Source: a virus. From it: a DNA stretch of 64,000 nucleotides. A program made the translations under genes and the position numbers. Below, piece by piece: positions 31,448 to 42,978 of this stretch. The DNA lies in the IMG/VR virus record IMGVR_UViG_3300049020_000031, positions 64,001-128,000 of that record. One strand, given 5' to 3'. The notes beneath the pieces were generated by a model. That model was given only the letters and a program-made list of their open reading frames with translations, did not search any database and was not told where the DNA came from. Every line of letters begins with the position of its first letter. The first letter of the stretch is position 1.

Positions 31448-32392
31448 TTATGGTTTCCTTAACTTTTTAAGATTCATACTCATGTAAGTGTGAATCACTG
31501 TTGCCGCTGCCAGTGCAGTTATTTCTGAGTGATCATAGGCTGGTGATACTTCTACCGCATCCATACCAACCCAATTTAGAGTCTCCAGTCCTCGTAGCAA
31601 TCGCAATACCCAAGCCGTGGATAAACCGCCAACTTCTGGGGTTCCTGTTCCTGGTGCGAAAGCTGGATCCAAACCATCCACATCAAAGGTGAAATACGTT
31701 GGCTTTTGATCCATTGCCAGAGATATCTGAAGGGCCAAAGCATCTGGATCCATGAACACGGCATCATGTCCATAGACTGTGGTGCCACCATGATCTTTCA
31801 GGAAAGTGTTTCCGCTGATTGAGGTCGGGGCTCTGACTCCAATACTGTACATCATATTGGGATCAACCAAACCTTCCTCGATGGCAAGTTTAGCCCAAGT
31901 ACCATGTCCGATTGCATCACCGAAATTAGATGGCGAACAATCACTATGGGCGTCAATGTGGACGATATTGATAGGGCCATGGATTTCATGTAACGCCCGC
32001 AATATCCCCAAGGTTACCGAGTGATCACCGCCCAAGCCTATGATATGTGGGCCGTAATAGAAGTCATGTGAATTACTCTTCCTTACCAGTGTACCCACCA
32101 CCTGCTGGATATGATCTGTGATCCTCTCCAGATTGTTGTTCTGAAGTGGAACATCGCCATGATCGACTATTTCATCCACTGGGTTTATCAAGTAGATGGG
32201 GTGAACTCCATCTGTTAGCATGGCAGAAGCTCTTCTGATAGCTTCTGGGCCGTGTCTGGCCCCACCCCTATTTGTAGTTCCACAATCAACGGGTAGACCC
32301 AACACATTAAACAACGCCCACCATCCCTTAGATTTGGTGTCTGCCTTCAAGAACGTCTTTACGCCATGAAAGGGCAAGGGTGTAGTATTCAT
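31448..32392 (-). CDS. speB: agmatinase (ureohydrolase family)
   Basis: GARHGPEAIR, GGDHSVT, HIDAHSD, HGT, DVDGLDPAFAPGTGTPEVGG, VEVSPAYD. Confidence 0.9.
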   Translation of the reverse strand: MNTTPLPFHGVKTFLKADTKSKGWWALFNVLGLPVDCGTTNRGGARHGPEAIRRASAMLTDGVHPIYLINPVDEIVDHGDVPLQNNNLERITDHIQQVVGTLVRKSNSHDFYYGPHIIGLGGDHSVTLGILRALHEIHGPINIVHIDAHSDCSPSNFGDAIGHGTWAKLAIEEGLVDPNMMYSIGVRAPTSISGNTFLKDHGGTTVYGHDAVFMDPDALALQISLAMDQKPTYFTFDVDGLDPAFAPGTGTPEVGGLSTAWVLRLLRGLETLNWVGMDAVEVSPAYDHSEITALAAATVIHTYMSMNLKKLRKP

Positions 32393-33021
32393 ACAACTAT
32401 TTACTCAGAGCATCAATTTAAATCTGACGGCGTCGTTCCCATCACGGAACCAAATAACGCCCGCCTCGTCACTTATCCATTCCCAGGATTCAAAGTTGTC
32501 TACCATTATTTCAAATAGTTGGATTCTATCGGAAACGTTGGTCATGTAATTCGACAACTCAATTGGGAATTCCCACCCGTGAGACTTGATATCCAAGGGG
32601 CTTGGTCGATACCCCTTTACTGCTTTGAATAGGTCGATCCAGGAGTCGTATTCCTTTTCCGGAGCCCCAAAGAATTTATGCGACAACGTACTCAGAAAAG
32701 CACAAAGCTGCGTGAAGCATGTCTTCATCATTTTGAAAATAAACCCTCTCTTTATATCTCACGTACTGGGTAAATTCCAGATTAACCTGACACCATCTGA
32801 AGATGCCAAGATTCGACATGTAATCATCCTTCATCAAATATTTGTGGCCCAGATAATCCAAACAATCAATCATCATGGCTTCATAAAGCACATATTCTGA
32901 AGTTCTCCCGATGATTTTTCGGCTGGCTATTATCGAATCAATCAATTCATAGTCTGCACCCTTATCTTGAAACGACTTCTTGAAATCGTTCAATTTGCTT
33001 ATCATGAGTTTTGAAAGTTCT

Positions 33022-33813
33022 CTAGCCATATTTTAACTTCAATGATACCATGACACTGTCATCGGTAAGGTAAATTTTACCCCCAACCCAAACCATATCG
33101 TCTTCTGACATGATATTGTCAGTCAACCAGGCTTTCACTTCCAAGGGAGTAATCGTCTCTTTCAAGGATGAGAATGGAATAAGGGTTACATTCTTGAAAT
33201 GTTCAGTAACCATTGAGCGCTGATATTGCACGCTCACTAGAAATTCAGAGATCGACATTCCTTGTGTCACCACTAGTTCGTGACTGAGTGTACGAAATTG
33301 ATCTCTGACAGAACCTGGTTTAAATTGGGTCTGAGACTTATGACAGTTCGCAACGAATTCAAAGTCATCAAAGATCTTGAGTTCTGGTCCTTCTAAAGAC
33401 AACCACATGATGGGAGAACCTGGCGATGCCCGCATGTAGTCCCGACCGCCATCCACAAAAGCTGACTTGTCGTTACTTTCCGCATAGTCATGTCGGAAAG
33501 CGCTATAGATGACTTCTCCATTATTGGCCAGGACTCCTTGAATCAACAATCCTTCCATAGACGCACCAGAAGTCACATACGGGTTCGCGCCACCAAAGGA
33601 CACGGCAAGATAATGGCTGTAACCATTGGGTGGATTTTCCTGATAGAAGATATGATATGGCTCAGTAGTCCAATAGTCAGAACGATACAGGGCGTGAACA
33701 AATACAAACTTGGCATTGAATTTGTCCTCAACCTTCTTAATCATACGTCCATAATGTTCCACATCTACTGAGTCAGTGATCAAGTGTTCCTGTTTGCAGA
33801 TTTGAATTTTCAT
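33022..33813 (-). CDS. hypothetical phage protein (S..RHDY / VDGGRDY domain fused to a paralogue-family C-terminus)
   Basis: ORF motifs; ends DDSVMVSLKLKYG. Confidence 0.6.
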   Translation of the reverse strand: MKIQICKQEHLITDSVDVEHYGRMIKKVEDKFNAKFVFVHALYRSDYWTTEPYHIFYQENPPNGYSHYLAVSFGGANPYVTSGASMEGLLIQGVLANNGEVIYSAFRHDYAESNDKSAFVDGGRDYMRASPGSPIMWLSLEGPELKIFDDFEFVANCHKSQTQFKPGSVRDQFRTLSHELVVTQGMSISEFLVSVQYQRSMVTEHFKNVTLIPFSSLKETITPLEVKAWLTDNIMSEDDMVWVGGKIYLTDDSVMVSLKLKYG

Positions 33814-34700
33814 CGATACTTCCGCAATACGGCCTCAAGTTCAAGAACCAAAGATGGTGCTCGGTCATTGGCGGTTACCAAACCATCCAATGAACCATAA
33901 TGTTCTTCCAAGCATTGCATCAACAAGTTCTTGATCCCATCTTCGTCGGGTGAGTACCGGAGCGTTGATGTGTTGTAAACCTTTTCCAGTTCAGCTTCTT
34001 TGCTCTTGGCATACTCTTCCAATTGTGTCATCGTCCATTCACCACGGCGGATGGATTTCAATTGTTCGCGAGACCGCTCGATATCGAGAGTATGTTCGGT
34101 CATGATCATTTCGGACTCGTTGATGAGTCGAACTACGTGATAGGCAAACTTCACGTCATAGCCGTATTTGGCGATGCTCTCGGCACGTTTTGGATTCGAG
34201 GAGTTTGCTTTGTCACGGATCTTCTTCATCTGTTGGTAAGCGTAACCCTTGAATTTGTGCCAGCTTCCCTTGTGGAGAAACATGTCACGATTTTCACGAA
34301 CCATCTTACCGATGTTGGTGATGTGGGTGATGCATCGATCTGGAGTGTAGAGGGAATCAACCATATTGGGGTTGTTTTCCATACACAGTTGGAAAAACTT
34401 CACGATGTTGTAGATGGTCACATCGTATTCGGTTTGACCATCTAGGCTTTTCACATGGTGTTGCTGGAATTGTTCAAAACGTGGCAGCTTGGTGCCGAAC
34501 CCCTCAACTTCACCACGAGTATGAGGGAACACGGTTCCTTTGTCTGGGATGCAGAACCCCATGATGTCCATGTCGGATGAATCGCTGCTAACACCGTAGC
34601 TCATCGAACCCGTGATGGTTTCGTATTGAACGGCGCCATTCATGAACAGTGGCGGGGCGATCAACTTTTGATCAGTGAGTTTTTGAGCTACGGAGGCCAT
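33810..34700 (-). CDS. RlaP-like nucleotidyltransferase (DNA pol beta superfamily)
   Basis: GSMSYG.....SDMD, NPN, GYA..Q, GYDVKFAYH..RL, IRRGE. Confidence 0.85.
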   Translation of the reverse strand: MASVAQKLTDQKLIAPPLFMNGAVQYETITGSMSYGVSSDSSDMDIMGFCIPDKGTVFPHTRGEVEGFGTKLPRFEQFQQHHVKSLDGQTEYDVTIYNIVKFFQLCMENNPNMVDSLYTPDRCITHITNIGKMVRENRDMFLHKGSWHKFKGYAYQQMKKIRDKANSSNPKRAESIAKYGYDVKFAYHVVRLINESEMIMTEHTLDIERSREQLKSIRRGEWTMTQLEEYAKSKEAELEKVYNTSTLRYSPDEDGIKNLLMQCLEEHYGSLDGLVTANDRAPSLVLELEAVLRKYR

Positions 34701-34859
34701 TTTGATTCCTTTGTCTATTGCATTCTATAGCCAATTATATGTTCATTTGGTATATTTTGCAAGTGTGACGTTGAAGTACAATAGAAAGACAGAAAGCCCT
34801 AGGCATTGGCAGAATCATTTCTGCCAGTCTAGAAGCTATCAATCACACAAGACCTCATG

Positions 34860-34883
34860 AAAAAGGGGAGCAACTGCTCCCCT
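34860..34883 (-). terminator. terminator family copy
   Basis: AAAAAGGGGAGCAACTGCTCCCCT. Confidence 0.7.
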
Positions 34884-34901
34884 GTTAAATCAACGAATTT
34901 A

Positions 34902-35681
34902 TTACAATGAGTCCTTGAAAATCCGGTTAGTGATGCGTTGGAACGTTCGACCCAAATTGTTGTAGACGAATGTCGCGAACTGTACCGTGAAATCACGAAC
35001 CAGGAACCAAACAATACTGAACGGCCAGTAGATGATCCATACGGCTATGGTTGAGCTCAGGTTACTAGCCTTTGGCTTAATGGACTCCAGCAATTCTTGC
35101 GGGAGGTGGCCTCGTGGATACACTCGCTGGAAGTCGCCACCGTTCTTGATACGTTGACCAAGAGCTTGCGTTGCGCGAGCCCAAACTTCTAAATCAACCG
35201 GAATCGCCATCTTTGCCATTCCCGATGTCAGCTTGGCTACATCTTCAAACGTCAATTTGTTGGTGACTAGCCAATTAGCATGCGTGGTGGCCAGGTATTC
35301 CTGATACTCCAAAGTGAATGCATTAGCTGGAACCACGTAATCACGAAGAACAGATTGTTTGATATGTTGGAATACCTGTGAGTTGTGGCGGTTCAGCAAC
35401 ACCCAGTAAACCAAAGACCAGACCACGCCAGCGATTGCATAAAGGATCAGTTTGGCAATATTGCCAAGTTCAAAACCCGCCACGTTCCATGGTTTCAGAA
35501 GTTCTTGCAGTGGTTCCCATCGTTGGAACAAGAGAAACACCAGGATTCCAAAGAACAACATGGACCAGAATTCATGCTTCTTACGGACCAGCACAACTGA
35601 CAGCAGAGCGAAGCCGATAATAATAGGCCAGAAGAAAAAACCACCAAGAATAAAGGCGGTGAAGGTAGACATCATTTCCAT
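34902..35681 (-). CDS. membrane protein (paralogue of 45777..46451)
   Basis: TM segments; C-terminal P....I..WI.YWP motif is shared. Confidence 0.65.
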   Translation of the reverse strand: MEMMSTFTAFILGGFFFWPIIIGFALLSVVLVRKKHEFWSMLFFGILVFLLFQRWEPLQELLKPWNVAGFELGNIAKLILYAIAGVVWSLVYWVLLNRHNSQVFQHIKQSVLRDYVVPANAFTLEYQEYLATTHANWLVTNKLTFEDVAKLTSGMAKMAIPVDLEVWARATQALGQRIKNGGDFQRVYPRGHLPQELLESIKPKASNLSSTIAVWIIYWPFSIVWFLVRDFTVQFATFVYNNLGRTFQRITNRIFKDSL

Positions 35682-36862
35682 TTTCGTTCCTTTCAGCGAG
35701 CTGCGATCTTCTTACGCACGTCGTGCCAGAATTTGGTGTGGAATGGATACAGCATCTGCTTCCAATGTTGGAGGACGGTGCCCCAGTTCAGATAACTGAA
35801 GACGCCATAAAGGATGATGCCGATCAGATCAATTCGAACCAGGGATCGCATCAGCATTACCGCCATGATGACTCCTAGGATAAAATTGATCCAGAAGGAT
35901 TGTTTGACTGTCAAATTGAACATTAGATGATCCCGTGTTTAATGAAAATCGATGTTAACATCTTTTCAAGATGTTTCACATGCCGTATTTTTCTTTTCCG
36001 CTCGTATTCGCGAATTTCTGGCGTCAAACCAACTTCAAGCTGTCCCTTTGCATGCAAATGTCGTATCAAGTTCAATCTGGTTAGATGAGTCAAGTTGGCT
36101 AAAAATCTAGCCGCACTCTGAGGTTTCGTCGTGACCATACCACATTCCGGGGCTTTGATTCCCTGCTTCTTTGCACCACCACTAAATTCAACAAACATCA
36201 GCGCACCTCTTGATTGATGGTAGACTTGAAAAGCACTGATGCTGCTAGTCCTAGCCAATTTTGATATCATAGAGGTTGAAAGTCTCTCGATCAAATAGTT
36301 CTCCATATTTGTTTAGGGTGAAGATGCTAATTTGATCCATGAGATCGTCGATGAAGTCCGCCTTTGACAGATCAAGTTCACCCCGAATCGAGATAGACAA
36401 ATCAATCACTCTACCACCCACTGTGACTCCACAAACATCAACGCACCCTGATCCAGTCAAACTGAGTACGAAGTTTTTTATTTCGTAACCTAAGTTACGC
36501 AGTACGATAAAGATGGTTCGCGGCATCCACATGGCTGGAGAAAATTTCATCTCTTGGTTTCCAAATTAAACTCAAACCACGTCTTGACTGTATCTGATAT
36601 CGCCCAGAACCCAGATATTCAATTCGATAGAATATCGATTTGTAGTCATCCCTCAGATCGTTCACCATATCGTACGCTAATGAAGCTACTACGAAGGATG
36701 CACACAACAGGTAGAAGATCATTGGTGTTGGGTTCTCATGTACCTTGTCAGGAGACGACCCCAACACCGTGAAGAAAATCTGATGAACTATCATGCAAAT
36801 GATAGTGATCAATCCAATTGAATACAGATATCGCAATACCGTTGACCATTCAATTCTTGATC

Positions 36863-37275
36863 TCATTTTGCGCTTTCTACTAAGAGTTTGAGGAACCACA
36901 TCATCACTGGCTCCTCAACCAAAACTTCCGTGAGTCCGCCTTGTGGGGATTCCTTTATCTTGTCATTGATGAATCGAACAGCTTGATTGTTCTCTGGCCC
37001 CAAGGTTTGCGCAATCTGGAGATAGGACTCAAAAGTGGAGTCTCTGCCATCTAGTAGTTTCAATAACGTCATGCCGCTTCACCCCGCATTTGATGCATGA
37101 TGAGATGCATCATTTGACTTTCATCGGCGATCACCTCTTCATCACGGCCATTCGGACTCTCGGCAATCTTGACATCAAAGAACTTGGTTGCTTTCGACTC
37201 CGGACCGAAGAGAGCGTTGCAGTAATCACGATACACACCGAGGGTAGAAAGTTCGCCAGTCGAGAGAAGCTTCAT
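36863..37275 (-). CDS. tandem pair of small paralogues (36863..37072, 37069..37275)
   Basis: Both contain ST...Y.....GPE..A..F...KI.ESP.G...EV. Confidence 0.65.
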
Positions 37276-37666
37276 GATGACCTCTTATTCGTAGTGTGCC
37301 CGGAAGCGAGTGAGATCTTCTTCGCTGAGCTTTCCCCCGTCCCAGTCCAGAATGCCCAGGTTGAAATCAATCTGCCACTGATGTTCTTCAGTCAGATTGA
37401 AGTAATCCTTGGGGCGACGAAACGACTTTTCGAACATTTCACGTTGTTGATCTCGTACGGGATTCACATCAGCTGTCATATTTTCACTCCTTTAAAGTTC
37501 ATTCTAACATGGCATAAGGTGCCCATTACGAGCACCAAATGAATAATTGGGGTCAATTCATGTCAAGTTCCTCAAAATCTACCTGGAGATTCAGGGGAGC
37601 TTGCGACCAATCCCATTGAATATTGCTTGTAGGAACCTGGAACGAAGTGACAAATCCCATCATATC

Positions 37667-37723
37667 TTCGTGAAGAAGTTCGTGAAGAAGTTCGTGAAGA
37701 AGTTCGTGAAGAAGTTCGTGAAG
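37667..37723. repeat. tandem repeat (TTCGTGAAGAAG) x4.75
   Basis: Four exact 12-mers plus a 9-nt partial, intergenic. Confidence 0.95.
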
Positions 37724-37729
37724 GATTGT

Positions 37730-38755
37730 CTATTTCTTCTCATTCATCCATAGCCACAATGACTCATGTCGAACGATCAGATCACGTAACAGTAATTCCA
37801 CAGCATCATCAGGATTCTTAAACAGAACCAATCTGGACACGGAGGGATGAGACTTGAACAAAATCTTACTCTGCCAATCCAGGAGATTCTCCTTTATCAA
37901 TTCCTTGATAGTAGAGGATTCACCATTACTGCTATTCACCAGGAATACGTATTTGAAGTCTGGGTTAATCGTCTGAATATCCCCCAGACGATCCACTGTC
38001 TCCATATAGAAATCAGGGTTGTTAGTAACATACCGGATTAGATCATCAATGGTTTCCATGTTGTTCCTTAACCCAAGTCTCCAAAACTTGATACGGTTCG
38101 ATGGCATCTAGGAGGATCAGATCCAAGGCGTCATCATCTTCCCTTACCAATACCGCCCTACAAATCTCTTGGTATTTGGACAATCGGATTCGGTCCATCC
38201 ACCGATCACCTAGATGCTCTATCAATTGATCTCGACTCTTAGCGATCGACGCCTTATCAGTTTTTCCCTTGATCAGGAAGATTTTCGGAAAGCCCTCGTT
38301 TTCATTCATCATCTCAATCAATTTCTGATTGAGAGAATGGGCAGGCTGCAACCCAGATGATGGATTCGTAGTCCAGTCGATTGCTTGTTGAATAGTTGCC
38401 ATGATCAACACTCATTAAAAGATGTAATGTATCCTAGGAGGAATAGATCTACGGCATCATCATCCTCTCTTAGCAGTATGACTTTGCCAATCTCCGCATA
38501 TCCACCTAAGCGAATCCTCTCACTCCAATTCTCACCCAAGTATTCCTTTATCAGACTTCGGATTTCCCCGGTGTTTAATTCATCGTGGTCCTTGATTACC
38601 AGGAATCGTGGAAATTCCGGATTGGCATCTCGGAAAGTTTCCAAACACAACTTATTTGACGAAGCAGGCTCTCCCTGCCCCTCCAAATATTTAATCACTT
38701 GATGGATCGTTGTGACTTTATTTGAAGTCGCTGTCATAGACTGGCAATTCACCAT
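37730..38755 (-). CDS. three tandem paralogues (37730..38107, 38046..38411, 38405..38755)
   Basis: Shared TI...I.. N-terminus, NP.F/FP..FL middle and DDA.DL.L C-terminus. Confidence 0.65.
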
Positions 38756-39539
38756 TAAACAGGATATTGACGCCTGAATTAGTGTGCTTACCCAACCAGA
38801 TATCCATAGATTCCACGCTGGAACGAATTACTTCCTTGGGGTGAATCTCCAAGTTCCTTGTTGGGATCTTTGCCATTTCTTCATCCGTCAATGGTCTCAG
38901 AGTCCGTACTTTCTTCACAAAGGTTCCTCGTTTGAATCCCGGTGGGTAGTCGTTGAAGTTGATACCCTTCTCGGACCACATACGTTCTTGCATCTGAGGG
39001 CCCTTCAGTCCACTGAGGCTCTTGTGCGTGAACATACTCTGGGCAGCCATGGATATGGCGTTCTTCGTGCAGTCTTGTTGACGCCAAAGGAAAGCATTGT
39101 ATGCTTCAACCAGAGTCGGGGTGCTGAATGCTCGTGCGTCAAAGGTTGGCAACAGGTGGGCTTTTTCAGGAATCCGTTCAGCCAATTTGGTGGCGAAGAA
39201 CACTGAACAGAATGCCGCAGTCAGGGACTCGATCTTTTGCAACCGACCCTTGAACGGGTATTCTGAATCTGAATTGGTTTCGTGATACCAAGCCAACGTG
39301 ATCTCGTCACTTTGGCAGTACCCCACTGATGCGTGGAATCGGTCAACCAAGGCCTTAGTGGTATCAACCATGAGGTCTGACAGCCTCTGATCATACGGAC
39401 GCGCCAGCCCCTTGGTAAACGTGTGGAAGCTCTTACCATCCAGGCGGACAACAAGTGGCTGACCCTTAAATGCAACCCGACTCGTGGTCGGTGCTTCGTA
39501 CGATTTCATGCGATCGCCGAAGTCATCACTGTGACTCAT
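38718..39539 (-). CDS. Thg1-like (tRNA-His guanylyltransferase / 3'-5' polymerase) protein
   Basis: RLDGKSFHTFT, YCQSDEI, F.GRLQKI, FDAR, WRQQDC.KN.ISM, KRG. Confidence 0.93.
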   Translation of the reverse strand: MSHSDDFGDRMKSYEAPTTSRVAFKGQPLVVRLDGKSFHTFTKGLARPYDQRLSDLMVDTTKALVDRFHASVGYCQSDEITLAWYHETNSDSEYPFKGRLQKIESLTAAFCSVFFATKLAERIPEKAHLLPTFDARAFSTPTLVEAYNAFLWRQQDCTKNAISMAAQSMFTHKSLSGLKGPQMQERMWSEKGINFNDYPPGFKRGTFVKKVRTLRPLTDEEMAKIPTRNLEIHPKEVIRSSVESMDIWLGKHTNSGVNILFNGELPVYDSDFK

Positions 39540-40219
39540 ATTTCATTCCTTTGAATTGCTCCCCTGGGTTACTCACCAAGATATAATGGAGCGTCTGGCG
39601 TTATTGCCAGAAGATCATTCTACAGTAAATATTTCCACCATCTGGTAAATATTCATGTTATCATATGATTTTTAAGGAACGAACCCAATGCCTAATCCCA
39701 CCTACAGTATGGTTGAATTTAAACCACGGAAAGCTCCTTGGGGATTCAAAGTTCGAGTTGATGGGGCGAATCTGTTCCACGTCAGTGGATTGATTCAAAT
39801 GGCGACGGGTCCTAACCCGGGTGATCTGCTGGTCGTTGAATTGATGACTGAAGGATATAACAAATGGGCTACTGTTATCCTCTATGTGCATGACGCCGAT
39901 CTGGCATCAAGTTTGCGTCAACTGATGGAATGACCCCCATGGGGTCATTGAGGCCTTGCTTGGATAAGCCTCAGAAAAACGTTGTATTGAGAATCGTATT
40001 GATCGCTACATGTTATATAAAAGATGCGATTCTCTCCAGTAATACTTTCATAATCCCAAAGCCGAACGCCAATTGCATCTGAACTTTCGGACCTGTACAG
40101 TTTTATTATGATAAAGAACTTGAGAGAGATAGTTTGAACTTCATCACCAACCTGGGGGATCCAACCACCATTGAGTCTTAGAGTTTCGATCCTCCACTCT
40201 TTCTCAATGGTGGTTATCT

Positions 40220-40372
40220 TCATGCTTGGGGTGCTGGTGGACCCACGAATTCTGTCGGTGCCGGCTCCAGGGGATTGTCCACGTAATCGACATTGGAATC
40301 AGGATCGCCCCCGCCACATGCCACGAGGAAAGCACATACCAGGCCAATCAGGGTCATCTTACCAATGTTCAT
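40220..40372 (-). CDS. small predicted lipoprotein (50 aa, not in the ORF track)
   Basis: GGAG SD; MNIGKMTLIGLVCAFLVAC|GGG lipobox; stop overlaps the next ATG. Confidence 0.55.
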   Translation of the reverse strand: MNIGKMTLIGLVCAFLVACGGGDPDSNVDYVDNPLEPAPTEFVGPPAPQA

Positions 40373-40704
40373 TTCTCACTCCAGTTAATTATGGTGTGCC
40401 AGTATAACATCATTTGGTGGGATCTTGAGATTTTTCAACTAGAAGTCTGTGAACAATCAATGATTCACGAAAAGAAAAAGGACCATATACATTTTCTCTA
40501 TCGAGGACTTTCCCGACAAACCACCCCACGTCAGTCTCCTGCATACCCTCACCCATTATCACATAACTTTCAGGGTACCAGTTGTCGTTAAAGTTGATCA
40601 AGTATCTGACGTCAAGGCCCTGTATTGGGGTGGTGTCAAATGAACGACGAAACGTATACGCCACAGATTCAGTGATCTTGAGAACGCATTGACCGCTGGG
40701 ATTA

Positions 40705-41025
40705 TCATCCACAGAAAAGTTCCTTGAGATTGTTGTGGCGATATCTCGTTGAACCATCACTGTATGTGATGCGGGTACGATTGACTTCAAACTCCTTACC
40801 CACTAGAGCTTTTGTCTTCCAGTTACTACACCGCTTCGATACGTAAATGTCCTGGTATACCTGACCGTTGGAATCAGTGAAGGTCGCGTATGCGCGCTTT
40901 GGTGGCTTGAAACCAGTTAAGGTTAGTGTTACCGTTTCGTTGAAACCAGAAACTTCTTCTGGCCCTTTGCTGCACCCGGCAACCAGAACGGCCAAAACCA
41001 GGGCGGTGACAATACTCTTCTTCAT
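40705..41025 (-). CDS. predicted lipoprotein
   Basis: MKKSIVTALVLAVLVAGC lipobox. Confidence 0.65.
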   Translation of the reverse strand: MKKSIVTALVLAVLVAGCSKGPEEVSGFNETVTLTLTGFKPPKRAYATFTDSNGQVYQDIYVSKRCSNWKTKALVGKEFEVNRTRITYSDGSTRYRHNNLKELFCG

Positions 41026-41677
41026 TTGATATCCTGTAAAGTTGATAAAGCCATTATACAACCAACCGCATCAAATGATTCGTTATTTCAAACGAACAAC
41101 ATCTTCAACAACTAGGGTAGAGATCTTGAGTTCTTTGTGATGCGCATCCCAAGTCTGCCAATACAGTTCTGCGAACAATTCCCGAAGTTCATCGATGTTG
41201 GTCTTATCAAATTCAACGTTGTACGGCACGGTGAGTTTCACATTGTCACCGTCGATTGTCTTCCCCCTGACTACGATGTGAATCTTGTAGTCGGGCAGGA
41301 AGCGTTTGAAGAACTTGATAAGACTCATAGTCATATTAGCCCTTAGGAATACCACCCTCGTCACCTTCCCGGTCATCAACTGGTATTTCGCCGCGCCCCA
41401 ATGGGGTCGAAAAGACTGTAACCACGTATTTGTTCCCACACAACTGGCAGGGCTTACCATTGAGCATACTCGCGTGACCGCAAGTTTCTTTCGTGTATGA
41501 ATTCCATTTCGTTACCGCGTCATTCGGAAATGAGTGATAGCCGTATCCATGCGTAGGGAGCTCACTATCCTTGTGGAGCCAATAAAGATATTTAGGTTTT
41601 GAATGATTTGTGGTATCGCTCATGATCTTAGTAGGTGTTTGATGAAAGTTCATAATGACGTTAAACAAGAACTGTTA

Positions 41678-42904
41678 TTAACCCTTAACGCAGAGTACCG
41701 CCTTCAGAGTTTCCACCGTATCGACCAGATCAGTTTGGTTGGCCATCACTTGATCGATCGACTTGTAGGCTGATGGAATTTCGTCCAACACACCGTCATC
41801 CTTACGACATTCAACACCAGCGGTCTGAGCTTCCAGATCAGCCAAGTTGAACAGCTTGCGAGCTTGGTTGCGAGAATGAACTCGACCAGCACCATGACTG
41901 CAAGAACAGTAGGCTTCGTGGTTACCCTTACCCTTCACGATGTAGCTCTTTTGTCCCATCGATCCAGGGATAATTCCCATTTGACCAACCTTTGCCTGGA
42001 TTGCTCCCTTACGAGTAACCCAGGTTTCTTCACCGAAGTGATCTTCCAAGGAAGTGAAGTTGTGGTGGCAGTTGATGATCTCACCAACCACCTTCATGTT
42101 GGCAAACTTCGTGCGCAAAACTGCCAACACTAGGTTCATCATGGTGTCACGATTGAATCGAGCGTAGTCTTGTGCCCAGTGCATTGCCGTGATATAGTCA
42201 TCGAAGTCTTGCGTACCTTCATCCAACCAAGCAAGATCCTTATCTGGGAGACCCCAGTCACGTTGTGCTGCTTGAGCCTTTGCCATCTCGATAGCCACAG
42301 TACCGATTTGATTTCCGATACCACGTGAACCACTGTGCAGCATCACCCACACGCATGAGTTGGCATCCAGACACAGCTCGATGAAGTGATTACCACCACC
42401 AAGAGTTCCGATCTGACGGCCGATCTTGTTGATATCGGCGCGTCCCAGACGCTCCTTGAGCGCAAGCTGATCGAATGAATCCATGGTCTTACGCAGGTTC
42501 TTTCGCAGAACATCAGCGTAAGGGCCAGTCACGGTTGGGATACCAGCCTTGTGCTCGTTGAAGCCAACTGGAACATCACGTTCAATCGCGTTGCGGAGAG
42601 AAAACAGGGAGTCAGGCAGATCTTCTGCCATCAGGTTGGTCTTTGCTGCGATCATCCCACAGCCGATATCAACACCCACGGCAGCGGGGATGATAGCTGA
42701 ACGAGTAGCAATCACGGAACCAACAGTGGAACCCTTACCAGCATGAACGTCTGGCATAACAGCCACACCATTGGGTGCAATGATAGGCAGGCTTGCCAGA
42801 TTACGCAGTTGCTCCAGAGCCGAGTCTTCGATCTGTGGAGAACCATCTGCATTCACGCCCACCCATGCCTTAATGGGGTGGGTTCCTTGATTGATTGTGA
42901 TCAT
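41678..42904 (-). CDS. rtcB: RtcB RNA ligase
   Basis: MPDVHAGKG, VGVDIGCG, GTLGGGNHF, HSGSRG, HHN, RKGA, PGSMG, SHGAGR, DEIPSAYK. Confidence 0.97.
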   Translation of the reverse strand: MITINQGTHPIKAWVGVNADGSPQIEDSALEQLRNLASLPIIAPNGVAVMPDVHAGKGSTVGSVIATRSAIIPAAVGVDIGCGMIAAKTNLMAEDLPDSLFSLRNAIERDVPVGFNEHKAGIPTVTGPYADVLRKNLRKTMDSFDQLALKERLGRADINKIGRQIGTLGGGNHFIELCLDANSCVWVMLHSGSRGIGNQIGTVAIEMAKAQAAQRDWGLPDKDLAWLDEGTQDFDDYITAMHWAQDYARFNRDTMMNLVLAVLRTKFANMKVVGEIINCHHNFTSLEDHFGEETWVTRKGAIQAKVGQMGIIPGSMGQKSYIVKGKGNHEAYCSCSHGAGRVHSRNQARKLFNLADLEAQTAGVECRKDDGVLDEIPSAYKSIDQVMANQTDLVDTVETLKAVLCVKG

Positions 42905-42978
42905 TCATGCTCCTCGTTTAATGATGGAATCATTATACATTCAAATGAATGACTTGGTAACACCTTGAGAAAAATATT

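Noticed and set aside
37667-37723. CRISPR array
   Set aside because: The 12-bp repeats are contiguous with no spacers, and no cas genes are present.
37547-37753. Track ORF with FVKK repeats (and a possible LHEL readthrough extension of 37730 on the minus strand)
   Set aside because: The open frames are explained by the stop-free tandem repeat and the dispersed DNA element; there is no SD or protein-like signal.
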